This document shows, one piece after another, positions 53,801-61,122 of a DNA stretch of 64,000 nt. Position 1 is the first letter of the stretch, and the number at the start of each line of letters is the position of its first letter. The translations under genes and the position numbers were made by a program. The stretch comes from Girardia tigrina. Its lineage: Eukaryota. The stretch is taken from assembly GCA_001938485.1 (NCBI GenBank), contig MQRK01194125.1, forward strand, positions 5,661 through 69,660, in the 5' to 3' direction. The notes beneath the pieces were generated by a model. The model searched no databases. It saw only the letters and a list, made by a program, of their open reading frames with translations, and was not told where the DNA came from.

Positions 53801-55906
53801 AAAATTAAAGAATCTTTCAAAGCCAATTATTTTAAGTCCATGGTTGAGCAACAAAACTGTAATGTATTCTTTAAAATAAATCAAATCTCTTGTAAGTTAT
53901 GATTTTTACTTGTTAGGATTATTAAAAATACAAGAATAATTACAAGGGTAATTATTTAGTTTCTGAAATTCCCAAAACATTCATTAAAATGATATTAACA
54001 AAAAAAAGTTAAGAAAACTTTAATAATTAATAACAAATTTTCTCTTTCGTATGCAAAAGTTTGGGGCTTTTTCGTTCCAGAAACGATTTATCTTTACTTT
54101 CAATTATCTGCTACAACTATAGTCTCTGCATTACAAAAATGATAAATACAACTACCTCAAGTTAACTCAATGGGACCCCCTCAGACAAATCAAACACTAT
54201 GACTTACCTTGTAGAGAAGAGATGGACGCAGTGAAAATTACTAAAGCATAGAAGTTACTTACGTATCGAAATTTTCGCTAATGTATCACAGTTTTTTATC
54301 GTATTTTTATGAAACTGTTTAACGTAAGTCGTTTTATTATCCATTCTTATAGCAGCGTACAATACAAGGATGACTGATGAAAATTCGGAAGAAATGTTAA
54401 GAATAACCATCAGCGGATTATATCCGAATTTTGATGGAATTTTAAATAAAGACCATTCAAATTTCCATCATTCGCATTAGGGTCTGAAGTAGCTATTGTT
54501 GGATATTGTAACTAAATTTAGTTTTAAATCTATTTTTAATCTGACTCGCAAATGACCAAAAGGTTTCCTCCAACAATAATATATGAAGAATGAACAAATC
54601 ATTTTAATAATAATTTATTCTGCAAACAACAATTGAAGTACAAATATAAATTCAACTCTATCAGTACGCTAAAATTCAAAGATCACACTTCGATCAAACA
54701 GCTACAACAACTTCTTAGTTCGAGCGATGCTAGAATAATTTATTTAAAACTTAACTTCTCCTATACATGATACTAAATTTCTCTTATTATTTCTTTAGTA
54801 AAAAATGATTTTACAAAAATTAATAAATCAAGTTTACCGCACATATAATTCAAATTTAGTTTAATTCTTCTTTTTGAGTGGTAAAATGTTGAACTGTAAC
54901 TGAAATAATTATTGCTTATATACTAGTTTTTTCTAACCTTGAAAATTGAATAACTAAAACAAATCTCAAAATATTTACAAATATTCTATAAATTTTATTA
55001 AAATAACTATTATAATAATCAAAAAATTATTAATTTTAACCAGAGTATTATTTTTAATTTTTTATTAGATTTTAAAATTTAATTTATATTTTTCGGAACC
55101 CCAACACTATGTCGATTTTTATTAATTTTGTTTTTATGATATTTGTTACAAATTTCTTATTATGTTAATAAAAATGTTAACGATATCTTCTTTAATTTTA
55201 TTAATAAACGATTTTTAAGGAAATAAACATAATTCATTTAAGACCGTTTTTCGTGAAAGGTATGTTTTTTTGAAAAAGGAATGAAATGTGTCTTCAGCCC
55301 ACGTCAAAAGTTTGGAAAGTTCATTCGGCCCACTTACGGAAATATTTACCCACCCCTGTTGTTGAGGGTAGAAATTGTTAATAATAACGATTTATACTTT
55401 TTAAAAACATTTTTTTTGAAATACAAAACCGAAATTAGAAGTAAAATATAATTTTAAAAAAAATATTTTTTTGAAAATAATAAAAAGAAAATCTATAATA
55501 AGTATTTATTAAAATGTAATTAATTTCCCAATATACTGAAATAATAATCCAAATAATATTATAATTCTAAATTATTTTGACTAACCCGTCGGACAATAAA
55601 ATCGAAGCTGATATTGCTGACAAGTCGAGGTATCGTTTTGATCGGAGTTCAAGCATATGAGCCCATTCTTGCTGCAAGGCATTTGAAACTTATCCGCTGT
55701 TTTTTCGGGCGGAATTCCCGTGCCAGCCACTTGACATTCTACTTTATCTGGGGCAGTACAGACCGATGGATATGACTGAAACATAAATTATATACATCTT
55801 AAACATTCTTTTCATACTTTTCGTATATTTTGCACTGTTAATATTTGATCTGATTCTCTTGGATCGTTCATCGTTATCCATTCTGACCATTTTCGAGCTA
55901 CGGGAT
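2625..55906 (-). CDS. Large multi-exon extracellular mosaic protein (WxxW-EGF-VWD-C8-TIL-EGFx4-CLECTx3-EGFx4-Caspr-type fibrinogen-like x>=3); FCGBP/zonadhesin/mucin-like; partial at both ends
   Basis: Manually spliced exons: 55818-55906, 55586-55775, 37678-37803, 37294-37553, 33236-33534, 32907-33181, 30127-30305, 29864-30071, 29694-29816, 27128-27250, 26905-27081, 25729-25947, 25516-25683, 24506-24674, 24216-24460, 20392-20589, 15491-15688, 15332-15442, 15155-15280, 14859-15095, 14706-14809, 14480-14658, 14319-14421, 6898-7102, 6691-6850, 6445-6622, 6082-6367, 2758-2850, 2625-2710. All are GT-AG with matching phases; 5114 nt open frame. Confidence 0.88.
3750..4600 (+). mobile_element. Degraded mariner transposase remnant
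   Basis: Decayed VTG.EK(W), QNDNA and LPH.P motifs in order; many stops. Confidence 0.55.
5130..5900 (-). mobile_element. Degraded Tc1/IS630-like remnant
   Basis: Decayed PPYS...F..FWHLE-like C-terminal motif near 5230-5270. Confidence 0.35.
6082..7102 (-). CDS. Exons 24-27: end of fibrinogen-like repeat 1 and whole repeat 2
   Basis: CGCGEINICESPEKACFCDG...DTGRIIDKSLLP...IGPLAC; NCQDAK...WLDVDGDGPLEPIRALCD...CTQEVKYDC...CACGVYNSCTDPTASCNCDG...DFGFIRKKEDLP...VGPLIC. Matches the Caspr/Neurexin IV motifs IDPDGSGP, CACG...CNCD, DAG...LP, VGPLRC. Confidence 0.9.
7200..8430 (-). mobile_element. Gypsy pol remnant (RT connection/RNase H)
   Basis: LRHFLGICNYYKRFI motif in ORF 8212-8421. Confidence 0.6.
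8758..9512. mobile_element. hAT-family non-autonomous element (MITE)
   Basis: TIRs cagtgctcgaagtg / cacttcgagccctg; perfect 8-bp TSD GTTACGAT (8750-8757, 9513-9520); subterminal AAGTGCCGGTATG repeats. Confidence 0.9.
9771..10293. mobile_element. Solo LTR
   Basis: Termini TGTGAG...CTCATA; 5-bp TSD ATTAC on both sides. Confidence 0.65.
10430..11150 (+). mobile_element. Degraded mariner (same family as the 28.3 kb and 30.6 kb copies)
   Basis: ILFHDNVKPY...YSQDLDPTDYHFF in ORF 10889-11086. Confidence 0.8.
11880..12600 (-). mobile_element. Degraded integrase-like transposon remnant (Ginger2/KRBA2-like?)
   Basis: Only weak motif resemblance in ORF 11888-12214; heavily decayed. Confidence 0.3.
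12620..13170 (+). mobile_element. Degraded Tc1/mariner remnant
   Basis: IDET, MQD and SYSP.MN.. motifs in order. Confidence 0.45.
13505..13979 (-). mobile_element. Solo LTR (Gypsy-type family starting TGTGAGG)
   Basis: TG...CA termini; perfect 5-bp TSD ATTAG (13500-13504, 13980-13984); homologous to 3235-3450 and 41476-43254. Confidence 0.85.
14319..15688 (-). CDS. Exons 17-23: C-terminal half of CTLD3, four EGF domains, start of Caspr-type fibrinogen-like domain 1
   Basis: FFWSDNSTFEYTNWNSKEPG; four EGF cysteine patterns (two with D/NINEC); NCHEY...SGVYSIDPDGTGPLP...C...CYQDMEFQC...WGSS. Six introns of 47-59 nt. Confidence 0.92.
15904..16305 (-). mobile_element. GC-rich 402-bp retro-type insertion with 15-bp TSD
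   Basis: Direct repeat TGTCTTTAAATTCGT at 15889-15903 and 16306-16320; minus ORF with an acidic stretch and FKCPFRGC. Confidence 0.65.
16902..18193 (+). mobile_element. Full-length mariner (DD34D), frameshifted transposase
   Basis: TA TSDs; imperfect TIRs of about 90 bp starting cgtggtgcgctcaata; transposase ~17056-18100 with SGRP, FVPQFL, TMDET, HDNA and YSPVLAPSDYHLF. Confidence 0.93.
19507..20200. mobile_element. pogo/Tigger-like MITE
   Basis: TIR cagtg(a/t)aagccgcttaataggacca at both ends; TA TSD. Confidence 0.85.
20392..20589 (-). CDS. Exon 16: N-terminal half of C-type lectin domain 3
   Basis: RCPTTSEYFNGKCY...ACSSAGGDLISI...EQMFL...YWIG; acceptor ttcag, donor gtgagt. Confidence 0.9.
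21772..23052 (-). mobile_element. ITmD37E (DD37E) Tc1/mariner-superfamily transposon, full length, inactivated
   Basis: TIR aggactgagtgcgaaaatattactaactttaaa at both ends, TA on the right; MDDETY, (W>stop)PDLATCHY and NPP.CPELRPIERYW, with 37 residues between D and E after correcting one frameshift. Confidence 0.88.
24216..25947 (-). CDS. Exons 12-15: C-type lectin domains 1 and 2
   Basis: CPQNSWSYEGYCY...CGNQGGHLAT...YVG...FQNWATGHP...DCSENYPAIC; CAEGWKEIGGKCV...CAKYGGDLV...YWFGL...WISADC...FLCEKP. Confidence 0.9.
26770..26854 (+). mobile_element. Penelope pseudo-LTR 3' end emerging from assembly gap, inserted in (TA)n
   Basis: Near-identical to 35487-35570; contains GAAACATGTC; (TA)n on both sides of the gap. 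Confidence 0.75.
26905..27250 (-). CDS. Exons 10-11: two EGF domains
   Basis: DINECTDKTANCSVYATCYNTHGSYKCICQNGYEGDGNTC; CSFHQDATCDSNALCTDLPNGGFSCNCVEGSFGDG; 46-nt intron. Confidence 0.92.
27608..27969 (+). pseudogene. 28S rRNA gene fragment (dispersed pseudogene in an intron)
   Basis: Conserved LSU blocks gaaagatggtgaactatg, ggggcgaaagactaatcgaa.catctagtagctggttccctccgaagt, ttctcaaactttaaatggg, tttttggtaagcagaactggcg, with several substitutions. Confidence 0.92.
28300..29095 (+). mobile_element. Degraded mariner
   Basis: LDNAKPN...SNSPDLAPTEYHSF...QKCVDNMCAYFD in ORF 28685-29017; 3' TIR-like end. Confidence 0.8.
29694..30305 (-). CDS. Exons 7-9: TIL, TILa/EGF-like, cbEGF
   Basis: CGANQHYQSRTSGCQASCDNP...GCVCNDGFLRSGTSCKPKEQCGCY; GDVWFTDFC...CRCLKGFEG; DIDECSRGSYVCSPDGDCINTLGNYDCKCKVGFSGDG. 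Confidence 0.92.
30590..31500 (+). mobile_element. Degraded mariner
   Basis: Homologous to the 28.3 kb copy; 3' TIR acaaatttcttacttgatgacctaa followed by TA. Confidence 0.75.
32262..32372. repeat. (TTATA)n pentanucleotide microsatellite
   Basis: Direct tandem tatattatat repeats. Confidence 0.95.
32527..32748. mobile_element. piggyBac-like MITE
   Basis: TTAA on both flanks; TIRs ccaattaacgccga / tcggcattaatggg. Confidence 0.7.
32907..33534 (-). CDS. Exons 5-6: C-terminal half of VWD and C8 domain
   Basis: VTVSVPDTYANQLCGMCGNMNGNSNDE...WGNSW; CSVLTNPTGPFSTCHALVDPQTIYPSCYFDMC...LCSSYQIYADQC...NWRPATGC; 54-nt intron. Confidence 0.93.
33861..34616 (+). mobile_element. MULE (Mutator) transposase C-terminus and 3' terminal repeat
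   Basis: ALAFLPPDEI...WF...Y...FPPTIW...PRTQNVVEAWHRR; terminal sequence ending cgggattttgaaccgctctc. Confidence 0.8.
34617..35570 (-). mobile_element. Penelope-like element: truncated RT with inverted pseudo-LTR
   Basis: INLSNFELT.EE..IL..G.NH, IIITKFDKG, FLFTGEWYIQEDGVAMGSPLAPTLASIFM, YKRYVDDVF; inverted repeat at 35407-35510. Confidence 0.88.
35411..35449 (-). ncRNA. Hammerhead ribozyme core (Penelope-type minimal type I, degenerate)
   Basis: Minus strand CTGATGA-t-GATGT-atgtaa-ACATC-GAAACATTTC. The inverted plus-strand copy has the palindromic GAAACATGTC (35492-35501). Stem I is not intact in this copy. Confidence 0.65.
37294..37803 (-). CDS. Exons 3-4: calcium-binding EGF and N-terminal half of VWD
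   Basis: [70 protein letters not shown]...NEHRGINNKVSF. Confidence 0.92.
39934..40359. mobile_element. PIF/Harbinger-like MITE
   Basis: TIR ggctcgttcgtaaaatacataac at both ends; 3-bp flanks TCA/TTA; internal repeat gtgtg.cactttgtgacaag. Confidence 0.75.
41476..46990 (-). mobile_element. Degraded Ty3/Gypsy element (gag-PR-RT-RH) with 3' LTR 41476-43254
   Basis: VLDTGAP (~46220), SSPWN...KKD...IRVCVDFQKLN (45483-45689), FKHFLYGKKFLLTTDHKAI (~44380); the LTR starts TGTGAGG at 43254 and is homologous to solo LTR 13505-13979. Confidence 0.8.
41687..42953 (-). mobile_element. Full-length mariner nested in the Gypsy LTR
   Basis: TIR g(g/t)ctgtgtcgtaaaaaa with TA TSDs; WIPHSI, HDNARPY, PPYSPDCNLC; stop codons present. 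Confidence 0.88.
46999..48630 (+). mobile_element. Gypsy 5' LTR and gag with two CCHC zinc knuckles, truncated
   Basis: LTR starts TGTGAGG at 46999; ORFs 47460-47861 and 48081-48596 with CWTCHEEGHVRREC and CSHCNGKGHLRTQC. Confidence 0.85.
50270..50753 (-). mobile_element. Solo LTR; about 330 bp near-identical to 60791-61122
   Basis: TG start on minus strand; CGTA(T) on both flanks; direct homology to 60791-61122. Confidence 0.65.
50852..50979. repeat. Long hairpin (about 53-bp arms)
   Basis: acttcaatttcatcgagattcaatttatt...agtgaatttttcaaagtttattca pairs with tgaattaactttgataaattcactaataaattgaatctcgatcaaattgaagt. Confidence 0.85.
51508..51674. mobile_element. Short pogo/Tigger-like MITE
   Basis: TIRs cagtgcgctccgtatatatagaag / cttcaaaatatgcggagtccactg; TA TSD. 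Confidence 0.7.
55586..55906 (-). CDS. Exons 1-2: mucin WxxW (CysD) domain
   Basis: DPVARKWSEWITMNDPRESDQILTVQNIRK|SYPSVCTAPDKVECQVAG...CSKNGLICLNSDQNDTSTCQQYQLRFYCP; WxxW plus the GLxC...C..Y..RFxC pattern; 42-nt intron at 55776-55817. Confidence 0.85.
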
Positions 55907-57746
55907 CTGAAATTAAGATTTAAACATAAAATCATGGTATTCAAGCAGATATTTTAAGTTGACAAAAATTTCAATAAAAGGATACGGAGCGTTCACAACG
56001 ACTCATTTCTCTCTTTAAAAGATTTAATATTACAAGAATAAAACTGGATATTTATAACGTAACGGGATTAAATTTTGAGGGGAAACATATGGAATAATTT
56101 AGGAGATTAATTATTCCAATAATTGCATAGAAATTGGGATTTAGAATTCCCGTTAAAGTATTAGAAACTTTATGATTATACATAAAGTGTCTTAGTAGAG
56201 TACTCTATTTTTATTGGAAATAAACTTCAAAAAAATATAAATAAAGTCAAGGCCCATTCGTGGAGAAGTGTCACGTAGCATTTTTCGTTCTATTTTATTA
56301 TTTTTTAAAAAAATAAAATTTCCAAAAATCGTATTATTTTCAAATTACACCCGAATTTCAATTTGTTAAAAGTAATCCCCTTATTGAAACAGAATGTATT
56401 TGGGATTAAATCAAATAAATAAGAAAATATGTTGAAAATTGGATATATTTCCTTGTAAAACTGTTTAAAAATATTTTATTTGTAAATAATATATTAGGGC
56501 CTTTCGATAATATGGGGTCGAGCTTCAATACCATTATTAATGTCTTGTGCAAGGGACACTTCAATACAAACGATAGATTGTCTTTTTACAACAAGAAAAA
56601 GAACATGATTTACTTTCATTATCCGAACGGTTTCCTTTAAAACTTTTGCAATTATTTTCATTTTGCAAAATAATTTGTAAAGTTTTTTTTTAATTTAAAA
56701 TTTTAACAAAAATTAAGTAATAATGTAAAACATAAAAAATAAATAAAGTTTATTAAACTAAAAGAACAAAAAATCAATAAAACTCAAATAATTGGGCAAA
56801 AAAAGTACTTAGAGTTTTAAAAATCTTTAAAGTTTATGTTTATTAAAATTGACATATTTTAAAAGAAAAATATTTAGTAAAAATTTTTAAATAAGAATTA
56901 TAAAATAAATAATAAAAACAATAAATTTGGTAAAATTTTTAATGTAGGACGAAATTATTTGGAAAGAAATTAAAGTTAAAGTAAGTTTAATATTTTTTAT
57001 AAAATTATTTTGAAAATAACAAGTTTATTATCAAATAAATTTATAAGTTAAATAGCTTCTTAAAAAAGTAGTAAAATTCCTGAGATAAATTTTAAGAGTG
57101 AAAGTTTAAATTTATACAAAAGTAAAAATTTTATTTTAAAGAAAATTTTATGAATGAATTTTGGAGAAACGATTAAATTGTTGAGAAGAGATTTGTTTAA
57201 ATTTGTGTGTAATTTCCATTAATAAATTTTTGTGATATTATGACTTTTAATCTTGAATCAAACATTATAAAAGATAATGTCAACGTAACTGACATCAAAA
57301 ATTTGTATTTATTCACAAATATTTTCTACAGAGAAGTCTATGCTCTATGATTTTTTTAGGTCTGTTTATACTAATTTCTGTTTAAACTAATGTTGAAACC
57401 TTACTTTAGATATGACTTTGTGTTGTAATGATTCATGTGGTACATTCAGTAGGTAATTTTATATTTGACTAAGAAATTAAATTATAAAATAGAAAATATG
57501 TTGAAATTTAGGAAAATTATTTTTTTACTTTATAATGTAATGAACTATTTCAAAACTTAATGGATCAAGTAAAAATCAAACCCCCTAAAGAGGTAGGATA
57601 CAATGTTTTCCTAAATTAAAAATTAATATCACTTTACAATAAATTGAAACCTTGAAATTGAAATCTGAAACCTTAACTTTCAGACTATGTTTATACAAAA
57701 TATTAATTGATTTTGTTTTAATTTATTACTTTACCGTCAATTCGAA

Positions 57747-58847
57747 ATGGAAAATCAAAATGAGCATATTCGTCATGTTTTGTTGCATTATTTTCGCAAA
57801 GGGAAAACCGCTTTTCAAGCTCATAAGAAGACACGTTTTTATATGGTAGTGACTCCTTAAAACTTCGACAGTGTCAATACTGGTTTTCTAAATTTCCTTC
57901 TGAAAAATTTCATCTGAAAGATGCACCACGCTCCGGTCGACCAGTTGAAGTTGATGGTGACAAAATAACAGCACTGATCAAATCTAATCCACATATGACG
58001 ACAATAGAAGTTGCAGAGACTCTGGAAATATCAAAATCAAGTGTTGGAAGTCATTTAAAGAAACTTGGATTCGTCAGTAAACTCGATATGTGGTTACCAC
58101 ATGAACTGAAAGAAATTCATTTGACGAAACGTATAGACATTTGCGATTCCCTTTTGAAGCGAGTACAAAGTGATCTATTTTTGAAGCACTTGATTACGGG
58201 TGACGAAAAATGGATTGTTTACAACAATGTGGAACGCCAATGATCATGGACAAAACGTGGTGAGCCTGCCAAAACGATCCAAAAAGCAGAAATTCACCGA
58301 AAGAAGGTTATACTTTCCGTCTGGTGGGATTTTAAAGAAATTGTGTTTTTTGAACTCCTTCCTAGGAATGAAACCATCAATTCAGACAGATATTGTGGTC
58401 AGCTGGAGAAATTGGCTCATTCAATTCAACAGGAACGTCCTGAATTGGCAAATCGAAAAGGAGTTGTAATTCAGCATGATAACGCAAGACCGCATACAAG
58501 TTTGACCACTCGCCAGAAACTCTTATCACTGGGTTGGGAGGTTTTGCCGCACCCCCCGTATTCTTCAGACTTGGCCCCATCGGATTTTCACTTATTTGAT
58601 CACTGCAGAATTCCTTAAACAGAAAAACATTCGCCAGTGATGATGACATCAAATTTTTCCTAGACGGCTTTTTTGCTGACAAAGGCAAAGGTTTTTATGA
58701 ATCAGGAATAATGAAGCTACCGGAAAGGTGACATAAAGTGATTGAAAATAATGGACAGTATATCGTGTAAAAATATTTGTGCATCCATGTCATTTTTTGA
58801 TAATAAATATTTTAGTAAAAAACGCAATGACTTTTTGGCCAACTCAA
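57747..58847 (+). mobile_element. mariner, mellifera-subfamily-like, inactivated; 5' TIR not seen
   Basis: MENQNEHIRHVLLHYFRKGK, RSGRP, WLPHEL, TGDEKW, HDNARPH, YSSDLAPSDFHLF; 3' TIR ...gactttttggccaactcaa followed by TA. Confidence 0.9.
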
Positions 58848-59856
58848 TATATATTTTGAAAAGAGATGTTTGTAATAAAACTTATTTTGGAATAAATTGT
58901 ATCAATTTTAAATTAAAAAAGATTTAAAATATTTTAAGATTAATTTGTGCTAATAAAAATGAATTTGACTTTGAATATCGAAAACAATATCAAAACAACT
59001 AACATGGTAACTCGCACTACAATGAATATCTTTAAGAATTAACTTTTACCTGAAATTTTCGAAAAAGGTGATAATGGGAGCCGTTTATTAAAGAATGCGA
59101 TAAATTCTTTAATTTTTCGGGAATCTCAAAATCAAAACAGGATATCAGTGTACTATGTCTGTTAGACAAGGCTTTGAAAGTTTAAAGCGGTCGACAAGGT
59201 AAAATGCGGTTACTAAGATCGATTATGAAAAACGTTTATTCGGACATCATCCTTATTTGAAGACCTGACAGAGGTGTGTCGGTAAAGAATGATGAACGAC
59301 ATACCGGAAGTCTTATTTGAGAAAATAGCAAAACTTGCAGAGAGAATTTTCAAACACGACATGTCAAAAGAGACTCTTAAAGAAGCATTATTGTTGCATT
59401 GTTGTGCAAGTATGGTTATATTAAAGGAAGTTCGGTTAAACAAGGTAAAATGAATAGAAGAGATAAAGGAGAAGATGAAGACAGTCTGTGACGTAAAATG
59501 TGACAGAAGAAGTGAATGAGATAAGAGTCAACGAGATGCAAAACAGATCCCGACGTTATCGAGACGCAGTGACAGGTAAAAGCAGTAGATACTTACAAAA
59601 TCGAACAGGGTTAACAAAAAAAAATCACCGCAAATGTTCATGCATAAAAGTGGTCAAATATCAAACTTGTGAGAAAGAAAGTTACACAGTGAAGTGAGTA
59701 GACAACGAGAACTAAATAGATGTTTTATGTGTTGAATAGATCATAAGAAATTGTTCCAAAAGGAAACCAGTAAGATACTATGGTAGACAAAATCGACACG
59801 TAAGTAGACACTGTCCGAACATTTATACAAGAAATATCAAAATAAATGACACAGAG

Positions 59857-60291
59857 TATTAACAACACCAATTTGACTTTTCATATTTTTATTAACTTTG
59901 ATTTGATTGTCCCTTTAAGACAATCTTTGTCAAAACTTTCGTACAATTACATTCTAACTAATTGATTCATGACTTAATTCTTATTATTTGTATCAAATGG
60001 ACAAATAAATAATTTATTAAAAAATTTACTCAAAACCTTTTGGATATAAATTGAAATAATTATTAATTATTTAAAAAATATTAATTTGATTTATTTATTG
60101 AAAATTGTAAAAATTAATGAACTTATTTAAAATTTTACAATTATTTTAAATTAAAAATAAATTTAAATATTACATTTTTTAGATAATAAGAATTCAAATA
60201 TTAATCATCCTTCTGAGTAGGAGAGACACAATTCCAAATCAAATTACAACATTCAAACACAAAACATCAAACATTTAAAATACTCCTCACA
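59857..60291 (-). mobile_element. Solo LTR
   Basis: Starts TGTGAGG on minus strand; 5-bp TSD CAGAG (59852-59856, 60292-60296). Confidence 0.75.
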
Positions 60292-60790
60292 CAGAGAAAG
60301 AGAATGTTATACAAGACTAAATAAAACCGATTTATTAGCCAAAAGATGTGGAATTCTGGAATTACAAAATTCATGTTGATCTTCGAAATCCAAAAATATT
60401 TGTTGGCAAATAATAACAGTTAATCGGATTAAGAATAAGCTTCGATTTCGGATAATAATGTCTTCAGGTATTTCTTTAAAGGATATTAATTTAAAAACCC
60501 GAGAAAAATATATAACGTAAGCATTTGCATAATGAAAAGTCTTCTTGATTGTAGTCAATATCCCTGTTCTCGATAACAGTAGGCCAGACCGCATAATTTT
60601 GAAAGCCCCGGGTTTTCCCTGCATCCGCTCCCCTGGTCTCGGTTGACGTGGGCCGTCGTCATGTCGTTGGGTCTGAGGGGATCACGGCCGGGCTGACAGC
60701 AATCATGAATCGGGACTCCAGAAGAATCCTCGAAGAGTATCAACAAGAGTATCCCGTACGACTCGATTGGGATTCTAGGGAGTGGCTTCT

Positions 60791-61122
60791 TGTAGAAAAA
60801 ACAATAAATGGGAAAGTTTAATAATAAATTTTAATTTCTCATAATTTTTATTGGATAAAAGTCATTACATAATTTTTTAAATAAACATTAATTTTTAAAA
60901 TATATTACATTTAATAAGTTANNNNNNNNNNNNNNNNNNNNNNNTAAAATTCATAATTATCAAACTTTAATTAATTAGTACTTAAAATTAATATCATTAA
61001 ATTAATTTCATTAGATTCAAATAATCAGTCAATAAACATATCAATCCCATCTGAGTAGGAGAGTCACCAATCTAAACAGCATACAAACAACAAACTTACA
61101 ACACTCCAAATCATCCCTCACA
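60791..61122 (-). mobile_element. LTR copy spanning a small assembly gap
   Basis: TGTGAGGG start; near-identical to 50427-50753. Confidence 0.7.
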
